In this document: piece by piece, positions 16,570 to 17,416 of the stretch
Layout of the letters: every line of letters begins with the position of its first letter
Numbering within the stretch: position 1 is the first letter of the stretch
Source: an uncultured delta proteobacterium
Lineage (GTDB): Bacteria > Desulfobacterota > Desulfuromonadia > Geobacterales > DSM-12255
Assembly: GCA_963787125.1 (NCBI GenBank)
Contig: CAWBBV010000028.1
Coordinates: forward strand, 1 to 17,416
DNA: 17,416 nucleotides
Direction: 5' to 3'
Notes under the pieces: generated by a model
Told to the model about the DNA's origin: nothing
The model's input: the letters and a program-made list of their open reading frames with translations, nothing else
Databases searched by the model: none
Translations under genes and position numbers: made by a program

Positions 16570-17416
16570 ATGAAAACTGTACTAACTTTGTTTTTACCTG
16601 CCTGCTCACTGCTGCTTCTTTTGTCCGGCTGTGCCACAACTCTCGATCTATCCAAGATGCACGAAACTCAACTTGATGAAAAGACCGCCACTGGCGAACT
16701 CCCTGCGTATGTAAAAGAGAAAAAACGTCCGCGGGTTGCAATCCTGCCGATAGGAGATTCGACTCAATACAAAACATCACTGAACCTCGCCCAAACTGCT
16801 CAGGATACGCTTACCCAGCTGATAGTCACCAGCGGTGGTGTTGAAGTCATGGAGCGGGCACAGCTTGACAGCTTCATGCAGGAGATGAAGTTTAAATCAG
16901 GCGTCGGCATTGAAGTTGATGCTGATAAATTTGCCCAGATTGCCAAGGATGTAGACACAGTATTTGTCGGCACTATCTCATCAGCAGGTGTTTCTGCAGC
17001 ATTTACCGAAGCCAGCTCCTGGACTGACAAGAAGGGAAAAACTTACTACACACCCGCTTCATGCAAGGAAGAAGGTAAGGTTGCCATCAACTTCAGAGCG
17101 CTGGCATCGCCATCAGGAACCATACAAAGAGCATTCGAGGTTAAAGGCAGAAGCAGTAGAACCCGTGATGTCAGATATTCCGGCGAATGTCAAAGTGTTC
17201 AAAGTCCGGGCGGCCTCCTGTCTGACTCGGTTAATAAGGCAATAGACGACGCCAAAGAGGAGATTGCCAACACCTTCCCTTCCATCGGCTATATTTACAA
17301 GACTATGACTGACAGAAGTGATCCAAGAAAAAGAATCGCCTACATAAATCTCGGCAAAAGTGATGGCCTTGCCCCTGGCAACAAGGTAGATATTATTGAG
17401 TTTGCTCAGGAAAAGG
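16570..17416 (+). CDS. CsgG/HfaB-like lipoprotein with FlgT C-terminal-like domain (partial; runs off the window and is absent from the ORF track)
   Basis: Open from ATG 16570 to the window end (282 codons) after a GGGGGA Shine-Dalgarno-like site. MKTVLTLFLPACSLLLLLSG-C21 lipobox. CsgG-like RPRVAILP...VEVMERAQLDSFMQEMKF...DTVFVGTIS. FlgT_C-like AYINLGKSDGLAPGNKVDI. Confidence 0.85.
   Translation, partial: MKTVLTLFLPACSLLLLLSGCATTLDLSKMHETQLDEKTATGELPAYVKEKKRPRVAILPIGDSTQYKTSLNLAQTAQDTLTQLIVTSGGVEVMERAQLDSFMQEMKFKSGVGIEVDADKFAQIAKDVDTVFVGTISSAGVSAAFTEASSWTDKKGKTYYTPASCKEEGKVAINFRALASPSGTIQRAFEVKGRSSRTRDVRYSGECQSVQSPGGLLSDSVNKAIDDAKEEIANTFPSIGYIYKTMTDRSDPRKRIAYINLGKSDGLAPGNKVDIIEFAQEK

Noticed and set aside
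16568..17245. ORFs 16568..16780 (-), 16800..17030 (-) and 16964..17245 (+)
   Set aside because: They overlap the better-supported lipoprotein frame that starts at 16570.

Overview
Chromosomal window that looks deltaproteobacterial (Geobacteraceae/Desulfuromonadales-like, inferred from gene content and order). Most of it is housekeeping genes on the minus strand: ispG-proS-pyrF-rlmB, then xseA-xseB-ispA-dxs-(TPR/gluzincin peptidase)-(KamA/EpmB-type aminomutase), ending in tRNA-Leu(TAG) and a strong terminator. One SDR/epimerase gene lies on the plus strand. The right 5 kb is a divergent cluster of four or more exported proteins: a transglutaminase-like Cys-His-Asp enzyme, an LPP20/FlgT_N-like plus DUF4384 protein, a FlgT_N protein, and a CsgG/FlgT-like lipoprotein that the ORF track missed and that runs off the window edge. 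This cluster is the best candidate for an uncharacterised envelope system. pyrF is broken by two compensating indels. A 14-bp tandem duplication creates a 4-codon coupling mini-ORF between pyrF and rlmB. ispG appears to be leaderless. All family assignments come from motif recognition by eye; no database search was run.
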